A DNA stretch of 64,000 nt, taken from NCBI GenBank assembly GCA_050012755.1, contig JBEKGO010000026.1:1-64000 (forward strand). Reading direction: 5' to 3'. Each line of letters opens with the position of its first letter. Position 1 is the first letter of the stretch. Positions 47,645 to 57,394 of this stretch are shown piece after piece. The stretch is from Candidatus Bathyarchaeia archaeon. GTDB lineage: Archaea > Thermoproteota > Bathyarchaeia > Bathyarchaeales > Bathycorpusculaceae. The position numbers were made by a program, and so were the translations under genes. The notes beneath the pieces are model-generated. The model did no database searches and was not told the origin of the DNA. It worked only from the letters and a program-made list of their open reading frames with translations.

Positions 47645-48250
47645 ATGGCTAAACAGAAAATAAGCATAATCGGAATAGTCGTCGTGGTCGGCTTACTTGT
47701 TTTTATGGTTGCCGTCAGCGGCGGTTCTTTGAAGAATTTCAGCCTTGTCACCAATGGTTTGAGTGTGGAGATAAATCCAACTATGTCGGTTGATCACGCG
47801 GGTTCTCAAGCAGCAGTACCTTTCACTATTCTAAACTACGCCAACAACGATAATTACTTCACTATCACACCGTATATTGACGGTGTCGCGCAAACGCCCG
47901 TGCCTTTCGACGGCGGTTCCTCAAGTTCTTATTACGTAATCTTCCAAACAACCGGTGTCCATTATCTCTATCTACATTTTGAGGATAACTATGATTCTTC
48001 GCTCCAGGGAGATTCTAATGTCTGCACTGCTTATGTGGGCGTTCCAGGTCCGAGTAGTACGCCAATGCCGCACCCAACCCATACGCCTTCTCCGACTCCA
48101 ATCTGGACGCCAAACCCAACCGGAACACCTACCCCAACAAATAATGGCGGAGATAATGGAGGAATCGGCGGGATCCTGCAACAGATAATCAACTTCTTCA
48201 ATTCATTGTTTCAACATATCATTAACTTCTTTAAGTCTCTAGGATTGTGA
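47645..48250 (+). CDS. Membrane-anchored extracellular protein with PT linker and amphipathic tail
   Basis: N-terminal TM, PTHTPSPTP linker, repeated IINFF. Confidence 0.7.
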   Translation: MAKQKISIIGIVVVVGLLVFMVAVSGGSLKNFSLVTNGLSVEINPTMSVDHAGSQAAVPFTILNYANNDNYFTITPYIDGVAQTPVPFDGGSSSSYYVIFQTTGVHYLYLHFEDNYDSSLQGDSNVCTAYVGVPGPSSTPMPHPTHTPSPTPIWTPNPTGTPTPTNNGGDNGGIGGILQQIINFFNSLFQHIINFFKSLGL

Positions 48251-48255
48251 CCTGC

Positions 48256-48909
48256 TTAAACAATATCTCTTTTTTTGACAGAAGCGCAGATTTTTCTCAA
48301 CGGACAAATAGAATGAAGAGGCTTTTTTGGAATGCAGATTAAGGCGGCTAAGTCGATTACTGCCCAGTTATACTCATTTACCTTAGTTTCTGGCAATAAT
48401 TCATCAGCTTTTTTCCTAAACTTGGGGTCCCTTCTAGCCTCTCCCTTTGCGGTTAAGTCAAAAACCCGACCTATAACACGGCATACATTTGAATCCACAA
48501 TGGATGATGGTTTATTAAAAGCAAAACAAAGTACAGCATCAGCAACGTACTCTCCTACAGCGGGTAAAGACAGCAGTTCATTCCTATTTTCAGGTATTTT
48601 TCCATTAAATCGCAGAATTACATCAGTGGCAAGCATTTTCACATATTTTGATCTATGAACCAAGCCTAATCTATAGAAGAATTTTGTTAAGTCTTCTTCT
48701 GAGGCAGAATTAAGCTTTTGAAAGTTTGGAAATCTTTCAAGGAAGGACAGGTAAGTTGGGACAACTTGATCTGCCTTTGTCCGTTGTAGCATGATTTCGG
48801 CGATCAATACTCTATATGGGTCAGTATTTTCTCTCCAGGGGTATTGTCGACAATTCTTTTTATACCATTTGATGAGCAGATCAGACATTTCTTTTTTGAT
48901 GGGCATCAA
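48256..48909 (-). CDS. HhH-GPD DNA glycosylase, Mig-like T/G mismatch glycosylase
   Basis: YPWR, AEIMLQRT, LPAVGEY, IVDSNVCRV, C-terminal Cys cluster; no MutY C-terminal domain; adjacent to a C5-MTase. Confidence 0.8.
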   Translation of the reverse strand: MMPIKKEMSDLLIKWYKKNCRQYPWRENTDPYRVLIAEIMLQRTKADQVVPTYLSFLERFPNFQKLNSASEEDLTKFFYRLGLVHRSKYVKMLATDVILRFNGKIPENRNELLSLPAVGEYVADAVLCFAFNKPSSIVDSNVCRVIGRVFDLTAKGEARRDPKFRKKADELLPETKVNEYNWAVIDLAALICIPKKPLHSICPLRKICASVKKRDIV

Positions 48910-49092
48910 TTATTCTTGCATAGCATCATTCTAAAAAACTGTTCTCTATGTCAAGCTTTGAAAAGACTGGTTCAAATTTGGATTTAATTGCTCCATGGTT
49001 CCGTGAAACCTTGCCAGCAGGTTGAGATGGCTTTCACATAAACGACAACCAATAATTCTTATTTATGACGAACAATAGAAGCTTAGGTCATC

Positions 49093-50157
49093 ATGTCAAA
49101 TGCTATTTCAGAAAAGCCAACTGTTATTGACCTATTCTGCGGAGCCGGCGGATTAAGCAAAGGTTTCGAGATGGCCGGTTTTGAAACTGTTCTAGGCGTT
49201 GAAATTAATCCTGTTTTTATGAAAACTTTTCACAAGAACCATCCAAGTGCCGCAGTAGTCAGCGATCATTTTGACATTAGAAAATTGTCAGGAAAAAAGA
49301 TAAAGCAATTGATAGGTAACAGAAAAATCGATGTGCTCATTGGGGGGCCTCCATGCCAGGGTTTCAGTGTTGCTGGACTGAGGGATCCAAAAGATCCCCG
49401 CAACGCGCTTTTCAAACATTATGTTCGATTGGTCAGAGTGCTAAGGCCAAAATGGTTCGTTATGGAAAATGTTCCGGGCTTGCTCACAAGCATTACAGCT
49501 AACGGAGAAAGTGTGGATGCCATAATTAGAAAGGAATTTGAAAAGGCGAAGTATGAAGTAAAACCGTTTATTCTCTTGGCAGCTAACTACGGTGTTCCCC
49601 AGAAAAGGAAGAGGCTATTTTACATAGGAACAAATACAGGCAAACCCATAACTGCTCCAACAGCTACCCACAGCGAATCTCCTCATATGACATTGCTTGG
49701 ACCGAAATTGGAGAAATGGGTGGGAGTAGGGCAAGTTCTAATGTCTGAGACCGAAGTCCCTGCGGGATATTTCCACACAAAAAGAATGATCGAAGGCTTT
49801 AGAAGAAGGAAAGAGAGAAACAAAACTAACGGCAAAGGATTTGGTTGGCAGATACTTGACATGGAAAAACCTTCCTACACAATTTCAGCAAGATATTGGA
49901 AAGATGGGTCAGATGCTATCGTCAAATATTCTGAAGAACGAATAAGAATGTTAACTGAAAGAGAATGCGCTCGTATCCAGAGCTTCCCCGATGACTACGA
50001 ATTTTTGGGTAGTAAACGATTGAAATATACTCAAATCGGAAATGCTGTGCCACCGCTTCTGGCCAAAGCGATAGCTCTAGAAATCAAGAAGAAGACCTTC
50101 ACTGACGATGCATCCAATATTTGTGGTAATATGACTCCCAATCCAAAAAAATCTTAA
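49093..50157 (+). CDS. DNA (cytosine-5)-methyltransferase
   Basis: DLFCGAGG, GGPPCQGFS, ENVPG, QKRKR, TISARYWKDG, QIGNAVPP. Confidence 0.95.
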   Translation: MSNAISEKPTVIDLFCGAGGLSKGFEMAGFETVLGVEINPVFMKTFHKNHPSAAVVSDHFDIRKLSGKKIKQLIGNRKIDVLIGGPPCQGFSVAGLRDPKDPRNALFKHYVRLVRVLRPKWFVMENVPGLLTSITANGESVDAIIRKEFEKAKYEVKPFILLAANYGVPQKRKRLFYIGTNTGKPITAPTATHSESPHMTLLGPKLEKWVGVGQVLMSETEVPAGYFHTKRMIEGFRRRKERNKTNGKGFGWQILDMEKPSYTISARYWKDGSDAIVKYSEERIRMLTERECARIQSFPDDYEFLGSKRLKYTQIGNAVPPLLAKAIALEIKKKTFTDDASNICGNMTPNPKKS

Positions 50158-50207
50158 ACCAATTCTGATAGGCCGACAGTCCCTCAACACAAGATAATGA
50201 GATTCAT

Positions 50208-51176
50208 TTAAAACTCATTGAACTTGAGATAGGGTGCTGTGATTGTTCCACTTCCGCCGCCACCGCTATGCTCCGAGAGCCAAGACGCACATTCACAGAA
50301 CTCACTTAGACTAATTCTTTTCCAAGCAACAAGTCGACGTTCAGTTTGGTTGTCAACTTCTCTTATTATATAAGTTGAGTTCAACCCAAGTTGGTCTTTC
50401 AAATAGAGATACCAGCTCAGTCGTCGAGAATCCCAACCAAACAACCAGTCTGCCCTGTTCGTACCTACCTTAAGAACATCTTTTTCCTTAGTTTCAATGA
50501 CCGTGAAGTTTTCATTATCATTGATTATCCCGTCGAAGTCTATCATTCCTTTCTTGACACGACCCAAGGTCACATCAAGAAAGAACCTGTTTGCATAAAT
50601 GTCGGCGATTTCGCTTATGTCGTAATTGACTAGGTAATTGAGAGCTTCTCTAGGTTTATCTTGACATATCCGCTCTGCGGAATTAATCGTGGGAAAAAGC
50701 CGAACTATTTCAGTTAGTTGTGATTGCTCAAAATGCCCATTAACGAACTTTGAAACGTTAAACTCGGGCTTGGGTATTGCAGCGACTCGATTCTGTCCAT
50801 TTGTGTTCTTGAAGCCAATATCTATGTTTGACCAATTATTCAATTCGCCAATTGAAATAAAGAAACCACCGCGAAAAATTGATAATCTTGACAAGCTATT
50901 GTAGAAACTTGTGTATCTTTCTGGCGTATTGGAAGAAACTGTAACGTAAATTATACGGTTTTCTTTGCTTGTCGGCCAATCGATTCGTGTAAATAGGCAT
51001 TGACCACCATCTAGAAGATTCCATCCCTGTTCTCTAGCTTTAGTTACTAATTCAATTTCGCTTCTGAATCCTCTGCATCTTGCTCCGTAGAATCTGTTGT
51101 TAGCTGTCTTGCTTGAAAGAATCTTATGGAGACCGTCAATCAGACTATTTTTAGTTATGTTTGGGCTTATTATCAT
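50208..51176 (-). CDS. Putative PD-(D/E)xK restriction endonuclease
   Basis: IDFDGII...VIETKEK; convergent with the MTase. Confidence 0.6.
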   Translation of the reverse strand: MIISPNITKNSLIDGLHKILSSKTANNRFYGARCRGFRSEIELVTKAREQGWNLLDGGQCLFTRIDWPTSKENRIIYVTVSSNTPERYTSFYNSLSRLSIFRGGFFISIGELNNWSNIDIGFKNTNGQNRVAAIPKPEFNVSKFVNGHFEQSQLTEIVRLFPTINSAERICQDKPREALNYLVNYDISEIADIYANRFFLDVTLGRVKKGMIDFDGIINDNENFTVIETKEKDVLKVGTNRADWLFGWDSRRLSWYLYLKDQLGLNSTYIIREVDNQTERRLVAWKRISLSEFCECASWLSEHSGGGGSGTITAPYLKFNEF

Positions 51177-51190
51177 TTATACATCTTCCT

Positions 51191-52792
51191 TTAATGTGAG
51201 GCGCGTGAGAGATCGTTCATAAATTCTTGAACCGACATTGCCTTGTTCTTAAACGAGGTTTTTGTTTCGTGAATTTCGAGTCCTGTAAATGCGTCAATCA
51301 TTTTGTAATGGTGGTCTGTTTTGCGATAAACATATTTTGGTACATCTCCAATTGTGCCGACTACAAACTCGCTTAATCTCTTGGGTTTAATCTTTGATTC
51401 CAATGGTGTTCCTTTGTTGAAAGACATTACCGAGACATCGGTGTCGCTAATTGCCATATATGCCAAGCAGTTATCTTTTAGAGGGCATTTCAGGCAGCTA
51501 AGGGGATTCGCTCCTCTAAGGCCTTTGGACGATTTGGTAAGCTCCGATGTCGTTTTTCCAAGTCCAAATTTCAAACACCAGATCCAGTCAAAAATTGTAA
51601 ACATGTTTGTCTTGCGTGCTTGGCTTGTGACCCAGAACATTCTCTCAAGTTTTCCGATGTTTCTGAAGCTGTTCAAGAATTTTTCTTTGGAATCGATTTG
51701 AAGCGGAATTTTGAAAAAGGCTTCGATCCACACGTCGATCGGTATCACTTCTGGGTTGCCAAAACCTTGTTGCAATATCATACCCCATATCTTAGGGTAG
51801 ATGCCCACTGTTCTTCCTGCCTTTAGATAAAGTTGCCTGAAGCGGGGACCATCCCATTTCATTAGGTCGTTTGCGGGTGTCGCATTATATGCTAAACCGA
51901 TGAATCCCAAAGCCCTTGTTGCCAAGCGGTTGAAAGCATCAATTAGAAAATCGAGTTCCTTCTTTTCCACAATTTTTAGGGCTTTCTTTTTAACCAGAGA
52001 ACTTGTGAGATCTCGCATACCATTTGGAGATCTTATATCATACCCGTCCAGATCAGATATTTTTGGTCCAACAGTTCTAATTTTGACTCCGCAACCAGCA
52101 AAATCACGGGTGAAATATCTCTTGCCAAACTTATCTATCGCTGATTGAAGGTTTCTGTAAGTTGGGAAGTTTTTGAAATCTCTTGCTAACAATTCATCAT
52201 AAGTAGGGAGTAGAAAAAATTCGAGGAAATTCCATGGTTCCTTTATGGTCACTTTTTCGCCATAATGCCTCATAAAATCGTACGTCATCTGCCATTCACT
52301 TTTGCCGCCAGACATCGGAGTAAAGGCAGCTGAACAGCGAGCAAATGAAAATAACCCATCATAGAATCGTCCGAAAGGAAGAACTCCTCCATACACAGGA
52401 GTAATAAATGAGTCCCAGATTTCAAATAGCAAGGCTTGCCTTTTGTCTTCCTTAGGACAACAGGTTTCAATGTCGCCTCTTTTTACAGGGTTGCTGGCAC
52501 CAATCCTTTGTTCAAGTTCAACTTTTGTAAGAGCCAAGTCTTTTCCTTTAAGCTCGACATTAGAAAGAAATTTAAAACTCCAAGTTAATGATCCGTTTTG
52601 CTCTTTGACTATTTCATAATGAAGTGGAAAGCCAAAGATTCTTTTGTTACCGTTTTTTAAGTGAACGTATTTTAATGGAAATTGAGGCAGGCTTGTGTTA
52701 TAAAGGTCAATAAGTGAGATCCACTGAGGGGGTATGTTATGTATTGCAATTGTATTTTCGAACTTGATTGAGAACGTTAAAGTCAAACGCAC
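51191..52792 (-). CDS. Large divergent HhH-GPD glycosylase-like protein with an Fe-S-type Cys motif
   Basis: VGIYPKIWGMILQQGFGNPEVIPIDVWI (OGG/AlkA-like HhH Lys and Asp), WC...CLKCPLKDNC. Confidence 0.6.
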   Translation of the reverse strand: MRLTLTFSIKFENTIAIHNIPPQWISLIDLYNTSLPQFPLKYVHLKNGNKRIFGFPLHYEIVKEQNGSLTWSFKFLSNVELKGKDLALTKVELEQRIGASNPVKRGDIETCCPKEDKRQALLFEIWDSFITPVYGGVLPFGRFYDGLFSFARCSAAFTPMSGGKSEWQMTYDFMRHYGEKVTIKEPWNFLEFFLLPTYDELLARDFKNFPTYRNLQSAIDKFGKRYFTRDFAGCGVKIRTVGPKISDLDGYDIRSPNGMRDLTSSLVKKKALKIVEKKELDFLIDAFNRLATRALGFIGLAYNATPANDLMKWDGPRFRQLYLKAGRTVGIYPKIWGMILQQGFGNPEVIPIDVWIEAFFKIPLQIDSKEKFLNSFRNIGKLERMFWVTSQARKTNMFTIFDWIWCLKFGLGKTTSELTKSSKGLRGANPLSCLKCPLKDNCLAYMAISDTDVSVMSFNKGTPLESKIKPKRLSEFVVGTIGDVPKYVYRKTDHHYKMIDAFTGLEIHETKTSFKNKAMSVQEFMNDLSRASH

Positions 52793-52942
52793 TCCATAGT
52801 GGATTCAGATGATTGAATCAAGATGTACATTTATACAGATAACACTTTTGCAATGATCGGATTTCTATACTTGATTTTTAATTAAAATCGTTAATACATA
52901 AACCTAATAATGCAAATTGAAAATACTTGCTTCTGACAAGAT

Positions 52943-55747
52943 ATGCCTTTTGTATTAACTGATGAGCAGAAAAAAGCAATAAATCATCTCTCAGGTAACC
53001 TTCAGATTATTGCTTGCGCAGGTTCTGGTAAAACGGAAGTTGTTTCAAGAAGAGTTGCTGAACTTATAAAGAATGGAGCTAAGCCAAGCTCCATTGTTTC
53101 TTTCACTTTTACTGAAAAGGCTGCTGATGAACTTAAAGCAAGAATAAGGGAGATTTTGGATGTCGAATGCCCCGAAAAGGCCGATCTTGGAGATATGTAC
53201 GTCGGTACAATTCACAGTTTCTGTTTTGAAATGCTAAAAGTACTGGAGCCACGCTACAGAGGGTACGATGTCTTGGACGATCCTCAAAGGGTCGCTTTCA
53301 TTTCGATGCCCTTTAGATACTATCGATCTCATCTTAGGGCTCTGCAGGGGAGCAAATATCGAGTAATATCCAAGTTTTTGCAAAGTTTTGATATTGTTAG
53401 AATGGAAGATATAGATATTGATGATTTGTCCAATCAGGATTTTGCCGAATGCTGCAAGAGATATGCAGATTTTCTTGAACAGGATAGATTTCTTGATTTC
53501 CAGGCTATGATATATAACCTTGTTAAGTTAATCGAGCACGATGCATCGGCAAAAAAAGCATTACACGAGAGAATTAAGCATCTCGTAGTTGATGAATATC
53601 AGGATATTGATCAGCTTCAAGAGAAACTGATAAGACTCATAACAGAAGGCTGTGAAAGCCTCTGCGTTGTAGGTGACGATGATCAGTGTATCTACAACTG
53701 GAGAGGTTCCCGAGTTGACAACATAATAAACTTCTCCCAAAACTACTCAGACGTAACTCAGGTTACTATTTCCAATAATTTCAGAAGCACAACACGGATT
53801 ATTGATTGTGCAAAACATTTTATCCGCCATAACAGACGGAGACTTCCCAAAGAGATGAAGCCTCGAGATGATCCGGTCAATAAATCTCAGGATGATGATC
53901 TGTTTTACCGTCACTTTGACAACGAAGAAGAAGAGTTCACTTTTATCGTTAATAGGATAAATACGCTGCTCGGAACAGACATGAATGATAAGAAAGGTAC
54001 ACAATTCTCGCTGTCATTGGGAGATTTTGCCATACTAACTAGGACAAGAAACGAAGCTGCAAAAATAGTGCCCTATCTAGAGAGAGCAAACATCGACTTC
54101 GTCCTCGATATTGGCGCTGAAGTATTCAACCGACCTGAAGTTGTACTGGGCTTGAATTGTCTGGCTTTTATTTTCCAAATACCCGTTGATGACGCAATTA
54201 TAACGAAAGAGCAGCTCAAACATGAATATGTTCAGGTTTTTATGGATTCCCACGCAGGAACTGAAAAGAGATATCCACTTGCCAATACAGTTTTCTTCTT
54301 GGATGAAATTGAAAGGCTAAAATCAGATGTTTTGAGAATAATGGCTAAGGGCAACCTTGACTACCTCGGCAATGGCCTTCAACCTTACTATCATGGAATC
54401 CTGAAAGCATTTGGCGCTGAAAGGTTCGAGTTTGAAGAAGTCTACAACTATAACCTAGCGATTTTGAGTCAGGCAATAGCAGATTACGAATCTGTTTGGA
54501 GAAGACTGAGGGCATCCGAAGTGAAATACTTTTTCGGATTCATATACGCTTATGGCGCATCCAGCTATGCTGACACAAGTCACAATGATCCAAGCCTAGT
54601 ACACGCAGTTAAGCTTCTCACCATCCATCGTGCCAAAGGCTTAGAGTTTCCGGCAGTTTTCGTACCCGGATTTGTAACAGAGATGACTCCAAGATACGAA
54701 GAAACTTACGTCGATGAGGAGCTTTACGATGTGGATCGCTACGTTGGCGATGTTGAAGATGAACGACGAGTTACCTACACTGCCCTCACCAGATCAGTGA
54801 AATATCTCTTCATAACAGGCTCGTCGCAAAGAACAAAACGTGATGGGAGCCCTTATGCAAGAAGCTTTGAACCCCACCCCTTTATTTTCGAATTAGAAAA
54901 AAGCGTCAGATTTTCCAATGCCCTTGATATTGAAAGGTCAAGTTCAGGATACCCAATTAGATTGCTCAGCAGTAATCTTTTCCCAACTTCATTTAGTGAT
55001 ATGAATTGTTACCAGAGATGCGGTTACGACTATTTACTTAGGAATGTCTATTGCTATCAAGCAGGAGTCCCGCCGGCTTTTGGATATGGCGCCAGACTCC
55101 ACAACATTCTAAACATCATTTATAATGCATACATCTCTTCCAAGAAGGTTCCAGACAGTGAAGATGTTGACAGGCTTTTTGATACCCACTTTTACCTAAG
55201 GTATGCTACTGACACTATCGTTGACAATCTAAAGCGTGCCGGCACCAGAGTAATTAAGAATTACGTGGAATTAAACAAGCAAGACTTTTCAAAAGTCTTA
55301 GAAACCGAAAAGAAGTTTGAGCTTGTTCAAGGCGAGGCATTGATAACGGGGCAAATTGATCTTCTCAAAAAATTCGATGAAAACGGCAACATAAAAGAAG
55401 TTGAAATCATTGACTTCAAAACAGAAAAAGAAATTGACCGACTCTACCAACAAAATCATGAACTCCAACTTAGACTATACGCTATCGCATGCATGAAATC
55501 ACTCGGGCTACACCCACAGCAGGCATGCATTCACCATCTCGATGGTAATAAAAAAATTTATGTTGATATTTCCCAACCCAAGCTTGATAAGGCAGCCAAA
55601 GAAATAACCGGGGCAATTTCAACCATTATTCGCGGAGGATTCGATCCAAAGCCTTCAAAGAATTGCGAAGACTGTGATTGGAAAAAAATCTGCTCGCGCA
55701 AAGGAAAGTCAGACCAAAATTTTAACCAACCGAGCCACCTCGACTGA
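52943..55747 (+). CDS. UvrD/PcrA-like helicase fused to a PD-(D/E)xK nuclease
   Basis: ACAGSGKT, VVDEYQD, GDDDQCIY.WRG, TIHRAKGLEF, ERR..Y.ALTR; GQIDLL..IIDFKT..QLRLY, CEDCDWKKIC. Confidence 0.92.
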   Translation: MPFVLTDEQKKAINHLSGNLQIIACAGSGKTEVVSRRVAELIKNGAKPSSIVSFTFTEKAADELKARIREILDVECPEKADLGDMYVGTIHSFCFEMLKVLEPRYRGYDVLDDPQRVAFISMPFRYYRSHLRALQGSKYRVISKFLQSFDIVRMEDIDIDDLSNQDFAECCKRYADFLEQDRFLDFQAMIYNLVKLIEHDASAKKALHERIKHLVVDEYQDIDQLQEKLIRLITEGCESLCVVGDDDQCIYNWRGSRVDNIINFSQNYSDVTQVTISNNFRSTTRIIDCAKHFIRHNRRRLPKEMKPRDDPVNKSQDDDLFYRHFDNEEEEFTFIVNRINTLLGTDMNDKKGTQFSLSLGDFAILTRTRNEAAKIVPYLERANIDFVLDIGAEVFNRPEVVLGLNCLAFIFQIPVDDAIITKEQLKHEYVQVFMDSHAGTEKRYPLANTVFFLDEIERLKSDVLRIMAKGNLDYLGNGLQPYYHGILKAFGAERFEFEEVYNYNLAILSQAIADYESVWRRLRASEVKYFFGFIYAYGASSYADTSHNDPSLVHAVKLLTIHRAKGLEFPAVFVPGFVTEMTPRYEETYVDEELYDVDRYVGDVEDERRVTYTALTRSVKYLFITGSSQRTKRDGSPYARSFEPHPFIFELEKSVRFSNALDIERSSSGYPIRLLSSNLFPTSFSDMNCYQRCGYDYLLRNVYCYQAGVPPAFGYGARLHNILNIIYNAYISSKKVPDSEDVDRLFDTHFYLRYATDTIVDNLKRAGTRVIKNYVELNKQDFSKVLETEKKFELVQGEALITGQIDLLKKFDENGNIKEVEIIDFKTEKEIDRLYQQNHELQLRLYAIACMKSLGLHPQQACIHHLDGNKKIYVDISQPKLDKAAKEITGAISTIIRGGFDPKPSKNCEDCDWKKICSRKGKSDQNFNQPSHLD

Positions 55748-55898
55748 AAAACCTGATTGCCTTGGGAAAAGACTGGAACTCAGACGGTATATGGTATTCA
55801 GACCCTAGAGTTGATACATGAGTAATTCAGAAAAAACAGTGTGGTAATTCAATTTAATGTCAGGTAAAGGTATGATACGCCCACGAATCTAGAGCAAG

Positions 55899-56642
55899 TT
55901 ATGAAAACAATTCGCTTTCTACGTGTCCTGTCTTCATGTATTTGTTAACGTAGAACATATCAGGTTCGTGCCTGAGTGCCCTTACTCTGATCTCCCAGTC
56001 AGGATTTTCCTTGTCGGAGCTATCAAACAGAATGAGACCTATTCCGAATATTAGGCATAATGATTCAATTCTGTTTTTGTCATCTTGGCTTGAATTTTTT
56101 GGGATAACAATGTAAACTTTGTTGCTGAAAGATTTGTATGCGCAAGCTTGTCCAAACGCAGTAATTAATCCATTCGTGTCAGTCTTTATCTCTGCTGAAA
56201 CAATCACATCTTCATGGTGAATTATGTCCGACCGCTTTGATTTTTCGACGCCAAGGACATCAGGGGTTCCCCATTTGTCTTTGAATAAGTTTCCCCCCAG
56301 TGGAATTGCCTTTGTGCACTCTTCAAGTTCGTTCACCAAATAATCGACAAATGGCTCATAGAAATCCGTCTCGTCAATCTCGATTTCTGGAGCAATTTGT
56401 TCTTCAGGGGCTTGTTGTGCTTCTTTAAAAGAGACGAGTCGATAAAGACCTCTGCCTGCTTTATAGACTTCTTTCGGCATTTTCTCGTCAAGATTTGAAG
56501 CGATCCCAAGAATAGTGTTGATTGGAAAGTCTGGGAAAGCTTCTTTGATTTCTTTGACAAGCTGAGAATATCTGATGCCTTCTGGACTCTTCTTCATAAT
56601 TTCAATAGCTTTTACTCGAATTTGCTCCGTCTTGGTTGGCAT
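55899..56642 (-). CDS. HTH + PD-(D/E)xK nuclease-like protein
   Basis: N-terminal wHTH; TPDVLG, SAEIK, GQACAY. Confidence 0.7.
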   Translation of the reverse strand: MPTKTEQIRVKAIEIMKKSPEGIRYSQLVKEIKEAFPDFPINTILGIASNLDEKMPKEVYKAGRGLYRLVSFKEAQQAPEEQIAPEIEIDETDFYEPFVDYLVNELEECTKAIPLGGNLFKDKWGTPDVLGVEKSKRSDIIHHEDVIVSAEIKTDTNGLITAFGQACAYKSFSNKVYIVIPKNSSQDDKNRIESLCLIFGIGLILFDSSDKENPDWEIRVRALRHEPDMFYVNKYMKTGHVESELFS

Positions 56643-56853
56643 AGTAATTTATTCAAAAGCAATTGATATTTAAGCTTATTGCGAACAGGTTTCTGCGGTT
56701 CTTAGTAGGGCATCAACTGAATATGTTCAAGGGAGTTTCGTTTACTTAATTCAAGTTTTCAATTTCGCTCATCCCTCTACTGCTGCGTACTGTAGCTTCT
56801 GCACTTGCTTTTTAAACGGTTCAGACGATAGGCATGAGCACCGAGGGGCGCGT

Positions 56854-57081
56854 ATGAAAAATAAAACAGTAGTACTAGCCACAGAGCAAGAACTCTTAGT
56901 TGATTTAACGTTCCATAATGTTCCAGCTACGCTCCTGACCGAGTTTGCGGAAAAAATCGTAAAACCATACATCAACGGCAACTTGAACACTGCGATCCAA
57001 GACCTAATCCACAAAGCCATAGCAGAACGAGACTTCGTTCTATCACACGTAACGCAAGTTCGAAATTCTGTGGAGGTTTAG
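56854..57081 (+). CDS. Small hypothetical protein (RHH-like)
   Basis: LTFHNVPATLLTEF...LNTAIQDLIHKAI. Confidence 0.5.
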   Translation: MKNKTVVLATEQELLVDLTFHNVPATLLTEFAEKIVKPYINGNLNTAIQDLIHKAIAERDFVLSHVTQVRNSVEV

Positions 57082-57086
57082 CAAGA

Positions 57087-57354
57087 ATGGGTAAGACTGT
57101 TGAATCTTTCAGGATGGCTTTGGAGGGATGAGATTGCTGGATGGAAAAATTTTAGAAATGCTTTGGCAAGCGACGAGGAAAAAGAAGCGTTTGATCAGAT
57201 TATGGATATGTGTAGAGATCTTGCTTCTGCAGGAAGCTGCGCATGCAGCCCAATAATCCTTGAACCCATGGCGATGAGCATACTGGTGGCTCAGCAGAAG
57301 AAAAAGCAGCGACTCGAAAACGAATTAAATGATCTATTAAGGCAGAGGAGTTGA
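57087..57354 (+). pseudogene. Frameshifted paralog of 59552-59851
   Basis: ATG GGT AAG ACT GTT..ATG GCT TTG GAG GGA TGA stops early; the next frame continues DEIAGWKNFRNALAS. Confidence 0.7.
57154..57272 (+). repeat. 119-bp direct repeat, copy 1
   Basis: Matches 59618-59736 with one mismatch seen (GCG/GCC). Confidence 0.85.
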
Positions 57355-57394
57355 GAGCAAAGTCATGGTTAAGATTCAGGTTTGATTACAGATA

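Noticed and set aside
45535-48140. Periodic repeats (CCAACTCC-like, GGCGGT) as a CRISPR array or VNTR
   Set aside because: They encode in-frame Pro/Thr/Ser and Gly linkers; there are no constant repeats with unique spacers and no cas genes
48256-48909. Housekeeping mutY/nth
   Set aside because: It lacks the MutY C-terminal domain, has Tyr at the HhH position and lies beside a C5-MTase in an MGE, so Mig-like fits better
55000-55747. Cas4
   Set aside because: It is the C-terminal AddB-like nuclease domain of the UvrD fusion, with no CRISPR context
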